DNA from: Alphaproteobacteria bacterium
GTDB lineage: Bacteria > Pseudomonadota > Alphaproteobacteria > RF32 > CAG-239
DNA length: 64,000 nucleotides
NCBI GenBank assembly: GCA_017484225.1
Contig: JAFUTN010000008.1
Span: forward strand, 7,440 to 71,439
Direction of reading: 5' to 3'
The position numbers and the translations under genes are program-made. The notes under the pieces are model-generated. The model did no database searches and had not been told where the DNA came from. It was given only the letters and a program-made list of their open reading frames with translations. Below are positions 27,688 through 37,694 of the stretch, one piece after another. Numbering within the stretch: the stretch's first letter is position 1; every line of letters starts with the position of its first letter.

Positions 27688-28977
27688 TTAATATATTCTT
27701 TGCATCAGTGAAATAAAAAATCCATCCATCCCGCCGCGTTTTTTTTCGTAAAAAGGCATAGTTCTGACAGTGCCGTTTTCCATAATCGGATTATTTTCCC
27801 AACTGCCGTATTGAGATATTGTTTTTGCGGATATCGGCACGATTTTATATTCGGAATGATTTTCCAAAAAAGTTTGGATTTGCCATTCGCCCTCAAATCG
27901 TGAAAGTGAGCAAACGCAATATAATAAAAATCCGCCTTTTTTGACCGCTTCGGCTGCAGAATGCAGCAGTTCTTTTTGCAACAGAGATTGTGCCTTCACG
28001 TCGGCTTGACTTTTGATATGAATAATTTCGGGATGGCGGCGCAAAGTTCCGGTAGCCGAGCATGGTGCATCAAGTAAAACGACGTCAAATTCTTTGGTGT
28101 TGTGCCGCAAAAAATTTTGTGCATCAGCATTGATAATGTTTACGTTATCGTTAAATCCGAGACGTTTCATATTTTCTTCAAGAGTATTCAGTCGGTTTTC
28201 GGAAATATCAAGCGCGGTAACGTCAGCTCCGGCAGCTAAGAGTTGTGCGGTTTTTCCTCCCGGTGCGGCACATAAATCAACAACCGATTTGTTTTTTATC
28301 TCTCCGAGAGTTTGCACGGCTAAACTTGCGGATACGTCTTGTATCCACCATTCTCCCGGCAAATATCCTTCAAGTGTTTCAATTTTTTCCGGAAATTGAA
28401 GGCGTATGCTCCCATTCGGCATTATTTCACCGTGCAATTTTTTGCTCCATTCCGACGGAATACCTTTGATGCTTAAATCTGTCGGGGGAATATCGGTGAG
28501 TGTATCGGAAAGAGCCTGAATTTCTGCTGCGGAATAAGCACTTTCTGTCAAGAGCAATAAAAAATCATCAGGCAATTTGGATGTTTTTTGTAAAAATGTT
28601 TTTTCCGCTTCTGCATTTGCCGAAATTTTTCGCAATACGGCGTTTGCCATGCCGGCCAGAAAACTGTCTGTTTTTAGGCGAATATTCTTAACCGTTTCAT
28701 TAATAACGGCATAAGGAGCTGTGTTCATACATAAAATCTCGTTAATTGCCAACAGCAACAAATATTCGGCGCAAATATGTTTATGCGGAATTTTTTTGCG
28801 AACATACTTTGCCATAATTTTTTTTAAGGCAACAAGATTACGCAAAGAACTTAACACGAGGGCATTAACAAATGCCCGGTGTTCTTCCGGTATTTGTGCT
28901 TTCATGGCACTGAAAAATACCTTTTCTTCTAAAATTGTTTTAACAATTTCAGCGCTGATTATTCGCGGATTGTGCAT
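27688..28977 (-). CDS. rsmB: 16S rRNA m5C967 methyltransferase RsmB/Sun
   Basis: NusB-like N-terminus and SAM-MTase motifs DLCAAPGGKT and DAPCSATG. Confidence 0.85.
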   Translation of the reverse strand: MHNPRIISAEIVKTILEEKVFFSAMKAQIPEEHRAFVNALVLSSLRNLVALKKIMAKYVRKKIPHKHICAEYLLLLAINEILCMNTAPYAVINETVKNIRLKTDSFLAGMANAVLRKISANAEAEKTFLQKTSKLPDDFLLLLTESAYSAAEIQALSDTLTDIPPTDLSIKGIPSEWSKKLHGEIMPNGSIRLQFPEKIETLEGYLPGEWWIQDVSASLAVQTLGEIKNKSVVDLCAAPGGKTAQLLAAGADVTALDISENRLNTLEENMKRLGFNDNVNIINADAQNFLRHNTKEFDVVLLDAPCSATGTLRRHPEIIHIKSQADVKAQSLLQKELLHSAAEAVKKGGFLLYCVCSLSRFEGEWQIQTFLENHSEYKIVPISAKTISQYGSWENNPIMENGTVRTMPFYEKKRGGMDGFFISLMQRIY

Positions 28978-31900
28978 TTTTATCCTTAAATTTATAGTCG
29001 GTTATGGTTTGGATTAAAATATACATCAAAGGAATCAAAACCAAACCGGAAAAAGTTCCTATAATCATGCCTGTGAATACCGGAACACCAACGGCAACAC
29101 GGCTTCCTGCCGAAGCACCGGTTGCCCATACCAATGGTGCCACGCCTAAAATAAAGGTAAAGGCAGTCATTAAAACAGCACGGAAACGTTCGCGTGTTCC
29201 ATACAGTGCCGCCTGCATGATTGAGTGACCTTGCGTATGGGCATCACGAGCAAATTCTACAATCAAAATGGCATTTTTGGCGGCAAGTCCTACCAGCAAT
29301 ACCAAGCCTAATTGAGCATAAATACTTAATGACATTTTGGTTATAAACAAGCCGATTAAAGCTCCAAGCATTGCCGCGGTAACCGAAAGCATAACCGAAA
29401 GAGGAATCATCCAGCTTTCGTATTGTGCTACCATGAATAAATATGCGAATAAAATAGCAAAGGCAATAATGTAGAAAATTTGTCCTTGGTTATTTTTTTC
29501 TTGCAAGCTTGAACCGGACCAAGCATAAGTATAGCCTTTCGGCAAGGTTTTAATCGCCAAATCTTCCAATGCCTGCATGGCTTCGCCTGAACTGAATCCC
29601 GGAGCGGCCAAAGCATTAACGGTTGCGCTCGGATACTGATTGTAGCGTTCAATACCGCGCGGTAAAAGCACAGTGCTGATTTTTATCAGACTGCCTAAAG
29701 GAACCATGGCTCCTTTAGAGCTTGAAACATAAATATTGTTTAAGCTATCTAAATCACGGCGATATTTCCAATCTGCCTGAATTTTAACTTTGTTAACCTG
29801 TGTGCCGATATTAATGTCACTGATATAGCTTGAACCGACGTATGTTTGCAAAGCCGAATAAATTGAGCCTACGGCCACACCCAAACTTTCCGCCTTTTCA
29901 CGGTCAATTTCAATGTAGGCGTGCGGAGTTTTGGCATTATAAGTTGAGTAGGCCAACATAATTTGCGGCAATCCGAAGGCTTGCATCGTAAAAGCATTAA
30001 TAACTTTTTCCAATTCTCGCGGATCTGTGTTTTCTACCGATTGGATTTTCATATCCATGGCATTGGTTGCGCCAAGTCCGGGAAGTGCCGGCAATTCAAA
30101 CATCGTGATTTTGGCTTCGGAAAATGTATCGGTAATTGCCGAAAGTTCGTTTTTCACGGTGGTAGAATAAAGTTTCGGGTCTTTACGCTCTTTCCAATTT
30201 TTGAGAGCTAAAACGCCGAAACCGACATTTTCACCTTGTCCGGCCATAATACTGAAACCGTCCAAGTTCATAACCGACTTAACTGCAGGGTGATCTTTGG
30301 TTGCTTCCAGAATCTTTTTGTTTACTGCTTTGGTTCGCACGTTTGAAGCACCTTCCGGCAGTTGAACGTTAATCATTATCACACCCTGATCCTCATCCGG
30401 TAAAAATGAAGTGGCCGTAAATTTTAAGAAGAAAGCATTGGCAAGCAACAGTGCGCCTAAAATAAAGACAATTACCGCTATTTTGCGTCCCAAATATCCG
30501 ACAGCAACCAAATATTTGTTGGTAGCACCTTTGATAAAGCGGTTAAAGGCACCCAAAAATCCTTTATCGCTCGGCTGAAACGGACGTAAAAACGTTGCTG
30601 AAAGTGCCGGAGAAAGTGTTAATGCGTTGATGGAAGAAAATGTTACGGCAAACGAAATGGCAATCGCAAATTGCTGATAAATTTTACCGGTAATTCCGCC
30701 CATAAAAGCAATCGGCACAAAAATTGCCAACAACACCAGAGTTGTTGCGACAACCGCCGAAGAAACCTGTTCCATCGCTTTGGTTGCCGCCTGCTTTGAA
30801 TTTAAGTTTTCGCTTTGCATCAAGAATAATGTGCGCTCAACCACCACAATAGCATCATCAACCACCAAACCGATGGCTAATACCAATCCGAACAGGGTTA
30901 AGATGTTTAAGTTGAAACCCAGAGCTTTCATCACGGCAAAGGTTGCTAAAATAGATACCGGAATAGCAATGGACGGCACCAAGGTTGCACGCCAGTCCTG
31001 CAAAAAGACATAGCACACAATAACAACCAAAATAAATGTCAAAAAGAGTGTGAAAAAAACTTCTTCTATTGAGGCTAAAATAAAATCGGTAGTATCAACG
31101 AAAATTTTTACCTCAAAATCTTCCGGATAAAAACGCTCAAGTTTTTGTAATTCGGCACGCACTGCCTTCATGGCATTAACGGCATTAGCTCCGGATGATT
31201 TGTTGATAATCATTGCTACAGACGGTCTGCCGTCAACCGTAGAATTGAATAAATAGCTTTCCGAACCGAGTTCAACGCGGGCAATATCTTTAAGGCGAAC
31301 CAACCCGCCTTCTTCGGCCGTGCGCACAATAATGTTTTCAAAATCTTTCGGATCGTTCAAGCGGCCTTGAGTTTCCAAAGAATATACCAAAACCTGATTT
31401 CCGTCTCCCGGAGCCGAACCCACCGAACCGAGCGAAGGTTGCACGTTTTGACTTTGAATAGCTGCTTTTATTGTAGAAATCGGGATATTTAAGGCTGTAA
31501 CCTTATCGGCATCAATCCATACGCGCATTGATGTGGCCGCACCCAAAACATTTACTTCGCCGACACCGTAAGCACGACCTAAAGAAACTTTGATGTTGTT
31601 TTCAACATAGTTGTTCAAAAAATTGCTGTCATAAGTTCCGTTTGGAGAGGTAACCTGCATAAATGCCAAAATATCAGATGAACGGCGACGCACGGTTACA
31701 CCGATATCCTGCACCTCTTTCGGCAAAGTTGCCACAACTTGCTGAATACGGTTTTGCACTTTTACTTGGTCCAAATCCGGATCGGTTCCGGTTTCAAAAA
31801 CCACCGAAAGCTGATATGCACCTGAATTATAAGATGAAGAGGACATATAAAGCATGTTTTCAATACCGTTGATGGCTTTTTCAAGCGGAATACCGACATT

Positions 31901-32080
31901 GTTGGCAACTGTTTCCGCACTGGCACCCGGATATTGAGTCTGAACCATGATTTCCGGCGGAGCAATTTCCGGATACATTCCGATAGGCATACTGATAACC
32001 GAAACTACGCCGGCAAGCGCCATAACAATGGCAATCACTACCGCAAAACGAGGTCTGTCAATAAAAAACTTTGAAAACAT
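28949..32080 (-). CDS. RND (HAE1) multidrug efflux pump, AcrB-like
   Basis: 1043 aa, 12-TM RND architecture, typical start MFSKFFIDRPRFAVVIAIVM. Confidence 0.95.
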   Translation of the reverse strand: MFSKFFIDRPRFAVVIAIVMALAGVVSVISMPIGMYPEIAPPEIMVQTQYPGASAETVANNVGIPLEKAINGIENMLYMSSSSYNSGAYQLSVVFETGTDPDLDQVKVQNRIQQVVATLPKEVQDIGVTVRRRSSDILAFMQVTSPNGTYDSNFLNNYVENNIKVSLGRAYGVGEVNVLGAATSMRVWIDADKVTALNIPISTIKAAIQSQNVQPSLGSVGSAPGDGNQVLVYSLETQGRLNDPKDFENIIVRTAEEGGLVRLKDIARVELGSESYLFNSTVDGRPSVAMIINKSSGANAVNAMKAVRAELQKLERFYPEDFEVKIFVDTTDFILASIEEVFFTLFLTFILVVIVCYVFLQDWRATLVPSIAIPVSILATFAVMKALGFNLNILTLFGLVLAIGLVVDDAIVVVERTLFLMQSENLNSKQAATKAMEQVSSAVVATTLVLLAIFVPIAFMGGITGKIYQQFAIAISFAVTFSSINALTLSPALSATFLRPFQPSDKGFLGAFNRFIKGATNKYLVAVGYLGRKIAVIVFILGALLLANAFFLKFTATSFLPDEDQGVIMINVQLPEGASNVRTKAVNKKILEATKDHPAVKSVMNLDGFSIMAGQGENVGFGVLALKNWKERKDPKLYSTTVKNELSAITDTFSEAKITMFELPALPGLGATNAMDMKIQSVENTDPRELEKVINAFTMQAFGLPQIMLAYSTYNAKTPHAYIEIDREKAESLGVAVGSIYSALQTYVGSSYISDINIGTQVNKVKIQADWKYRRDLDSLNNIYVSSSKGAMVPLGSLIKISTVLLPRGIERYNQYPSATVNALAAPGFSSGEAMQALEDLAIKTLPKGYTYAWSGSSLQEKNNQGQIFYIIAFAILFAYLFMVAQYESWMIPLSVMLSVTAAMLGALIGLFITKMSLSIYAQLGLVLLVGLAAKNAILIVEFARDAHTQGHSIMQAALYGTRERFRAVLMTAFTFILGVAPLVWATGASAGSRVAVGVPVFTGMIIGTFSGLVLIPLMYILIQTITDYKFKDKNAQSANNQR

Positions 32081-32101
32081 TTTTTTGTCCTTTGCTTTAT
32101 T

Positions 32102-33271
32102 TTATTTAATTATGTCTACTTTAACCGGAGAATTGTTTTGGATTTTTACGTTACCCTGAACTATAACAATTTCATTTTCGCTTAAGCCGGAAAGCACAGC
32201 CTGTTGGGTTTCGTTAACAACATTACCGAGTTCAACTCTGCGCTGTTCCGCCGTTCCGTGAATTTCGGTAGCGGTGCTTTTTTCTTTATTAACTTTAACT
32301 ACGTATACAAAAGCACCTTGTCCGTCATAATTAATTGCCGTTTGAGCAATAGTTACGGCCTTTTTGGTTTTACCGGTGATGATTGCCGTCTGCACATAAT
32401 TGCCCGGAACAAGCAATCCGGTTTCATTGTCTACATCAACATAAACCGAAACGGTTGCAGTGGCGGGATTTACTTTGTTATCAATGAAAATATTGACAAT
32501 TTCTTCATCCAGTGTTTTTGATGTCGGAAGTGTTATGCGCGCAGTTAAGTTTTCCGGACTGTAATTTGCTTCGGCAACTTCAACCGCTTCTTTATCAGTC
32601 AGTGAAAAAGAAATTCTCATCGGATTAACCTGCACAATTTTGGCCAGAGGTTGGCTTGAAGCCACTACATAGTTGCCTACTGTAACCAAGGCTTTGCCGA
32701 TTTTTCCCGTAATCGGAGCTTTAACTTTTGTATAATCCAAATCAAGGGTGGCAACATCTAGTCCGGCTTTTGCTTCTTCAACAGCAGCTTTGGCTTGCAA
32801 ATAAGCACTTTCAGCCATATCAAAAGTTGCTTTGGAGGCAAATTTCTGGTCGCTCAATTTCTGTTGACGGTTGTAATCTCGTTCAGCTTTAACAAGGTTG
32901 GCATTTGCGCTGTCAAGTTGAGCTTTTGCCAAATCATAGGCTGCCTGATATTTGTCCGATTCAATTTCAAACAGAACATCTCCGGCATTTACCAAACTTC
33001 CTTCTTTAAACAAAACTTTTTCAACCGTTCCGGTTACTTTAGGCAAAAGGCTGACATCATTTATTGCCTCAACATACGAAATTTTGTTATTGGTTTGCGT
33101 AATATCATTTATGGCTGTTTTTTGCGCCAAAACATACACTTCTCCCCCCATCGGAAAACCTGACCCGCTTGGTGAGAATCTGCCTTTTAAATACCATCCG
33201 GCGGACATGCACACCAAAACAATGGCAATTTTTATACTTATCGTTTTCAAATCGGGATAACTAATTTTCAT
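32102..33271 (-). CDS. RND efflux periplasmic adaptor (MFP), AcrA-like
   Basis: Biotinyl-lipoyl-like and hairpin segments (VTGTVEKVLFKEGSLVNAGDVLFEIE ... APITGKIG). Immediately upstream of the RND pump. Confidence 0.9.
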   Translation of the reverse strand: MKISYPDLKTISIKIAIVLVCMSAGWYLKGRFSPSGSGFPMGGEVYVLAQKTAINDITQTNNKISYVEAINDVSLLPKVTGTVEKVLFKEGSLVNAGDVLFEIESDKYQAAYDLAKAQLDSANANLVKAERDYNRQQKLSDQKFASKATFDMAESAYLQAKAAVEEAKAGLDVATLDLDYTKVKAPITGKIGKALVTVGNYVVASSQPLAKIVQVNPMRISFSLTDKEAVEVAEANYSPENLTARITLPTSKTLDEEIVNIFIDNKVNPATATVSVYVDVDNETGLLVPGNYVQTAIITGKTKKAVTIAQTAINYDGQGAFVYVVKVNKEKSTATEIHGTAEQRRVELGNVVNETQQAVLSGLSENEIVIVQGNVKIQNNSPVKVDIIK

Positions 33272-33908
33272 CTGTTTTACCTTTCTCTTTTATTCCGTCA
33301 TAAATTAAACTAAAGCCTTTTTTTATTACCGTATCAAAATCCACATCAGCGCGCTTGGTTAAAAAAGCCTCCAGTGCGCCGCCATACATTGTTATCAAAA
33401 TTTCATTAATTAATTTGATGTCAACGTCTTTGCGGATTTCGCCTTTTTTTTGCAATACTTCTAAACAATGATAGTAAAGATTACGTGAATATTTTTTTGT
33501 TTCTTCAATTAACGGGCTTATTTTGGTTAAAATGGCTTCGCTCCATTCCATCTGGCAACTTACAAAAAACACAAATTTATATACCTTTTCGTCTTTTTGA
33601 ATCAGTTTGCTGTTGCGCAATACAAATGCCGTAAGGTCGTCAAAGGTCAAATTTTCATCCGAAGGCAATGTTTGCGCCTGTTTTTCCAAAAATTCGCGCA
33701 CATAGCGATTGATGAGAGCGGCAACAATATCCGGTTTGTTGCGGAAATACCAATAAACGGCTCCTTTGGTCAGGTTTATCCGCTTGGCAATTTCATCAAA
33801 AGTTGTTTTTGAATACCCTTTTTCAAAAAACAAATTCATCGCAGAAATCAAAATATTTTCTTTTGTTATTTCTGCATCTTCTTTAGTTCTGCGCATATTT
33901 TTTTCCAC
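33261..33908 (-). CDS. TetR family transcriptional regulator
   Basis: N-terminal HTH (FFEKGYSKTTFDEIAKRINLTKGAVYWYFRNK). First gene of the efflux operon. Confidence 0.9.
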   Translation of the reverse strand: MEKNMRRTKEDAEITKENILISAMNLFFEKGYSKTTFDEIAKRINLTKGAVYWYFRNKPDIVAALINRYVREFLEKQAQTLPSDENLTFDDLTAFVLRNSKLIQKDEKVYKFVFFVSCQMEWSEAILTKISPLIEETKKYSRNLYYHCLEVLQKKGEIRKDVDIKLINEILITMYGGALEAFLTKRADVDFDTVIKKGFSLIYDGIKEKGKTDEN

Positions 33909-33915
33909 AAATATT

Positions 33916-33935
33916 TATACCAAAGAGTATGTATA
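33916..33935. promoter_or_regulatory. Candidate TetR operator, site 1
   Basis: TATACCAAAGAGTATGTATA, an imperfect inverted repeat. It shares TATAC-N7-GTATGTATA with site 2. Confidence 0.4.
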
Positions 33936-33966
33936 AAGCAAAATAAAAACAGTGCAAGTATTTTTT

Positions 33967-33986
33967 TATACATTCGGGTATGTATA
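33967..33986. promoter_or_regulatory. Candidate TetR operator, site 2
   Basis: TATACATTCGGGTATGTATA: inverted repeat TATACAT-N6-ATGTATA. Confidence 0.4.
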
Positions 33987-33988
33987 TT

Positions 33989-35020
33989 TTATTTTTTTGC
34001 CCAAGACGGAAGCACTTTGTTGTTTTGCTGAGCAGCTTCGGTATTTTTAGCCGCCGAATCAGCTGCCGGAGGTGTTGATTTTGTGTTATCTTTGACCAGA
34101 GCTTCGTCATTTTGCGGCTTTTTCTGCAAAGGTGTAATTTTTCGGCCGATTGCTTCTCCGCCGTCTTCGTTTGAACCGTCAAAGTCTTCAGGGTCTAATA
34201 CCGACAACGAATTTACATATAAATTTGACAATGTTTCCAGCTTTTCCATGTTATACAGCTGCAAGCATTTTGACTTTGTGGTTTTGTTTGCACCCCAGCC
34301 TTTTTTATAGGCAAACAGTGTTAAAGTGCACATACGGTTTCGGTAGGCAATCCAACTGTCAAACATATCACGATAGTTACCGTTTGCCAAATCAGGTCCG
34401 TTGTTCCATTTTTGCGTGAATTCTGAAGTATAAAAAGAGTTATATAAGTCTTTAATATCTTTCATTGAGCGTTTTAATTCTTCGTCAATGCACTTGTTTT
34501 CATCCGGTTTTTCTTTTTTCATGCAGGCGGTGTATTCGTCATCATGATTGTCTATAATGATGTAGTCTAAATCTTTTTGATTGCCGTTTTCATCATTAGG
34601 ATTACTATTGAGCATTTTAGCTACTTTCCCAAGGTAGTCGCGGTGATGCATGGCATAATACAAATTGCATGAAAGTTCTTCATCTTGCCAAGATCCGGTA
34701 TAGCGCGTGGCTACGTTAGTTAATGAACACAAACGATTGCGAAATGCAGTCCACATGGAATACATATCGCTCATAAAAGCTACTTTATCGGCGGATATTT
34801 CCGGAGAAGCGTTAAGATTAGGATTGTTTAAAATCTGCTTATATATCGTCTTAACGTCATTTAATACGCGTTTTGTTTCTTCCCTGATGCACCTGTCACG
34901 GTCATCAGTTATTTTTTTGCACTGCTCAAATTCTTCGTCGTCGTCATAAAAAGGCATAGACGCCAGAGAGTTAAAAGAAAAACATAAGCACATAAAGACG
35001 ATAAATAATCCTTTTTTCAT
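33989..35020 (-). CDS. Secreted protein with two DUF1311 (LprI-like) domains and a low-complexity tail
   Basis: Signal peptide. The pattern C..C...E....L...Y......W..(F/Y)RN(R)(L/M)C occurs twice (WTAFRNRLCSL, WIAYRNRMCTL). Confidence 0.6.
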   Translation of the reverse strand: MKKGLFIVFMCLCFSFNSLASMPFYDDDEEFEQCKKITDDRDRCIREETKRVLNDVKTIYKQILNNPNLNASPEISADKVAFMSDMYSMWTAFRNRLCSLTNVATRYTGSWQDEELSCNLYYAMHHRDYLGKVAKMLNSNPNDENGNQKDLDYIIIDNHDDEYTACMKKEKPDENKCIDEELKRSMKDIKDLYNSFYTSEFTQKWNNGPDLANGNYRDMFDSWIAYRNRMCTLTLFAYKKGWGANKTTKSKCLQLYNMEKLETLSNLYVNSLSVLDPEDFDGSNEDGGEAIGRKITPLQKKPQNDEALVKDNTKSTPPAADSAAKNTEAAQQNNKVLPSWAKK

Positions 35021-35089
35021 AAAAAAATTCCTCCTTGTGGAAACATTTTTTTTCAGTCTATATCAAAAAAAATCAAAACTCAACACAAA

Positions 35090-35839
35090 CTATAAAACAG
35101 ATGAAAAATCATCTCCCATTCTCAATATTTTTTCGGCCTTTTCGGTATATTTATCTCCGTCGTGAACAAAAAACGGGGGAAGTATTTTGCAAGGTGATTT
35201 AGAATCTTTTTGCACGGATATAATAATTCGCTTTGCCGATTCATTTTGTTTTGTGTATATGGGCAAAACTTCCATATTTCCGGCTTTTCCGTGGAAAAAG
35301 GTGCAAATTTCGGGCAAGGCTTCTGTGCGGTTAACCATAAATATTCTGCCGAAAGGCTTGGTCATTTTTAAGCAGAACTGCAGCCATTGCGTGAGAGAAA
35401 ATTCATTCATATTGTGAGCGGCTGCTTTGCTTTTGTTCGGTGACGGCATATCGTGGTCGCTATACGGAGGGTTGGATATAACAATATCGTAACTGCAGGG
35501 ATGCAGAATTTTAGATGTTTGTTTGTCTGTGATGTCGGCGTTAATGTAGTTGAGGCCGGAAAAATTATTTTGCAGTGCGCTCATATTTGCCAATTTACAT
35601 AGTTCGGTTTGCAACTCAACACCGGTAATAAAAACATTGTTATTTTGCAAACGAGAGGCTAAGCAAAGGGAAATTGCGCCGGTTCCGGAGCCGACATCAA
35701 GTATTTTGGCATTTTGTGTGTTGTTGCAGACCATAGCGGCAAGCATCACGGCATCACTTGAAGCCCGATATCCGTCAATCGGTTGAAAAATAATGATTTT
35801 TTTGTTTAAAAGGTAATCTTCAGTGTAATTTTTCGGCAT
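35090..35839 (-). CDS. N6-adenine methyltransferase, TrmN6/YfiC-like (tRNA m6A37)
   Basis: IFQPIDGYRASSDAVMLAA, SAM motif ILDVGSGTGAI, catalytic NPPY (ISNPPYS). Confidence 0.7.
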   Translation of the reverse strand: MPKNYTEDYLLNKKIIIFQPIDGYRASSDAVMLAAMVCNNTQNAKILDVGSGTGAISLCLASRLQNNNVFITGVELQTELCKLANMSALQNNFSGLNYINADITDKQTSKILHPCSYDIVISNPPYSDHDMPSPNKSKAAAHNMNEFSLTQWLQFCLKMTKPFGRIFMVNRTEALPEICTFFHGKAGNMEVLPIYTKQNESAKRIIISVQKDSKSPCKILPPFFVHDGDKYTEKAEKILRMGDDFSSVL

Positions 35840-35852
35840 CCCTCAATTCCTC

Positions 35853-35886
35853 AAAATAAAAAACTCAGGACGATTATATCCTGAGT
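35853..35886 (-). terminator. Intrinsic terminator after the ferredoxin gene
   Basis: Minus strand: ACTCAGGA-TATAATCG-TCCTGAGT followed by a T-run. Confidence 0.75.
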
Positions 35887-35910
35887 TTTCAACAAATTCA
35901 ACCAAAGTGA

Positions 35911-36150
35911 TTAATCATTTGCATTCGGGCAAACTTTTGCTTGTTCAGCGTTGAATTTAACCCATTTTTCATCAGCTTCCGCATCATTGCAAATAGCACC
36001 TTGCGGGCATTCGGAAATGCAAACACCGCAATCAATACAAGTATCCGGATCAACAACCATTTGGGTGTCGCATACGTGGAAAGCACTAACCGGACAAACG
36101 CTGGCGCAAGTTCCGCATTTAATGCAAGAATCATTAACAACTGAAGGCAT
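35911..36150 (-). CDS. 2x[4Fe-4S] ferredoxin
   Basis: CIKCGTCASVCP and CIDCGVCISECP cluster motifs, 79 aa. Confidence 0.9.
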   Translation of the reverse strand: MPSVVNDSCIKCGTCASVCPVSAFHVCDTQMVVDPDTCIDCGVCISECPQGAICNDAEADEKWVKFNAEQAKVCPNAND

Positions 36151-36249
36151 ATTAAATCTCCTCTAAAATTAACATCAGTAAGAAAGTAATCTAATCAATT
36201 TGCATAAAAAATCAAGCTTTTTATAAGTCTTATGCAATAGTTTTGTTTT

Positions 36250-36471
36250 TTAATCTTTATGGCGGAAGGTGATTCGTCCTTTGGTTAAGTCATAAGGTGT
36301 CATTTCAATATCAACCGTATCACCAACCATCACACGAATGCGAAATTTACGCATTTTGCCGGCAGTATGTGCCAAAATTTCAACGCCGTTTTCTAAACGA
36401 ACGCGAAACATGGCGTTTGGCAATTTTTCAATTACTTCGCCGCTTAATTCCAACAATTCTTCTTTACTCAT
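36250..36471 (-). CDS. infA: Translation initiation factor IF-1
   Basis: 73 aa S1-like protein: [13 protein letters not shown]...[33 protein letters not shown]. Confidence 0.95.
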   Translation of the reverse strand: MSKEELLELSGEVIEKLPNAMFRVRLENGVEILAHTAGKMRKFRIRVMVGDTVDIEMTPYDLTKGRITFRHKD

Positions 36472-36575
36472 AAAAACCTCAATTCAATTATTCTGAACAG
36501 TGGTATAAACGCAAATCGCTTAATTTGCAAGATATTTTTTAATTAAAGATAATTTTTGGGCCATAAGCGGCTTAA

Positions 36576-37430
36576 TTATTCAAAAATCCACTCAATCGTG
36601 TTTTCGTTATCGTTGCTTGTGGCTTCATCTGCTTCCGGTATGGTATAGCGAATACGGTTGCACCAACCGCCGGAATTTCTGCAGGTATCACAACATTTGC
36701 GCTTGCTTACATCCGGTTCGCGGACACAATCGGCTCCGTTCCAAAAGTGACTTACGGAAGAATTGCATTGAATATCTGTCGCTTTTTCAACTTTAACATC
36801 CGGCATACACACACGTTCATACATATTTGGGTCACATGTTCCGCCGGCAGCGGTGCTGACGAATCTTTTTATTTTATCTCGGCAAATCGTAACATCTCCC
36901 AAACAACGGAAAATCTCAATTTTATTGCTTCTGTCGTTAAAAGCATCAATGTGCCAATCTTGGATGTTACTTTGGTCAGAAATAATAATTTCTTTTGTTG
37001 CTCCGTGTGTCCGAAAAGCATCTTGCCCTACGTAAGTAACCGTTTCGGGAATATAGACGGATACAAAAGAATCGGTATCAAAGGCTCTGTCTTGTATTGT
37101 GGTGACAGAACTTCCTATATTGATGTCTCTGATTTTTTTGTAGTCTCGGAAAAGTGCATAACTTACGTTGTTAACTCCCTGTATATCCACGGAAGTGATT
37201 TTGTTTTTATAGTCTTTCCATGGTTGGTTTTCCGTCCAAATATTATTATTAACGGTAACATACTTATCTATATTTCCGCTTCCGCTGATACTGAGTTTTC
37301 CTTGTGAATCCACACTCCATAAACACGTTCCGGCCGAATTGCATGTTCCGCTGTCTGCAATATCGGCCCGAGCGATATCGGTAGAATATGAAAACAACAA
37401 TACTATCCCGAACACTAACATTTTTCTCAT
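36576..37430 (-). CDS. Secreted BspA-type LRR / Cys-rich protein, IEWIFE-tail family, paralog 3
   Basis: Trimmed to the ATG at 37430 (MRKMLVFGIVLLF, SD GGAG), because the longer ORF runs through the leader terminator. CLWSVDSQGKLSISGSGN, Cys-rich spacer, tail RYTIPEADEATSNDNENTIEWIFE. Confidence 0.8.
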   Translation of the reverse strand: MRKMLVFGIVLLFSYSTDIARADIADSGTCNSAGTCLWSVDSQGKLSISGSGNIDKYVTVNNNIWTENQPWKDYKNKITSVDIQGVNNVSYALFRDYKKIRDINIGSSVTTIQDRAFDTDSFVSVYIPETVTYVGQDAFRTHGATKEIIISDQSNIQDWHIDAFNDRSNKIEIFRCLGDVTICRDKIKRFVSTAAGGTCDPNMYERVCMPDVKVEKATDIQCNSSVSHFWNGADCVREPDVSKRKCCDTCRNSGGWCNRIRYTIPEADEATSNDNENTIEWIFE

Positions 37431-37688
37431 AATTTTTCTCCACTTTAGTAAATAAAAAAGCCACCGGTTAGGGTGGTCGGGGAGTTGACAAATCATGTTC
37501 AGCATAATGACTATTACGGCCTTTAGCATAACAATGCTTGAACATACGCCGTAATCTCCCCGTCCGAATACGGGGATTTAAAACCAAAAAAGCACCCTGA
37601 AGGGATACCGTTTTGGTATCGCTGAACAAAGAGCCTGTCACAGCCCCGAACCTCTCGGTTCTTCGGATGAAATAAAATTTATCCATCC
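37431..37688 (-). promoter_or_regulatory. Structured 5' leader RNA L3 of LRR paralog 3
   Basis: Shares with L1/L2/L4 the 5' module (hairpin running into TTCGGGGCTGTGACAGGCTCTTTG) and the C-rich box plus terminator at the 3' end. Confidence 0.5.
37454..37476 (-). terminator. Short intrinsic terminator inside leader L3
   Basis: Minus strand: CCACC-CTAACC-GGTGG, then C and TTTTTT. Confidence 0.45.
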
Positions 37689-37694
37689 GCAACA

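Noticed and set aside
28949-28977. 29-nt overlap between the rsmB start and the RND pump stop, considered as a possible frameshift or fusion
   Set aside because: Both ORFs are complete with normal termini. A short same-strand overlap is common and needs no special explanation. rsmB may also start slightly downstream.
36747-37307. 186-aa plus-strand ORF antisense to LRR paralog 3, and similar antisense or out-of-frame ORFs inside ftsI, yidC, mutL, lpxI (46247..46755), acrB, parC, comEC and others
   Set aside because: All lie within, and antisense or out of frame to, genes with strong homology-type evidence. Their products are low-complexity or hydrophobic junk with no independent signals.
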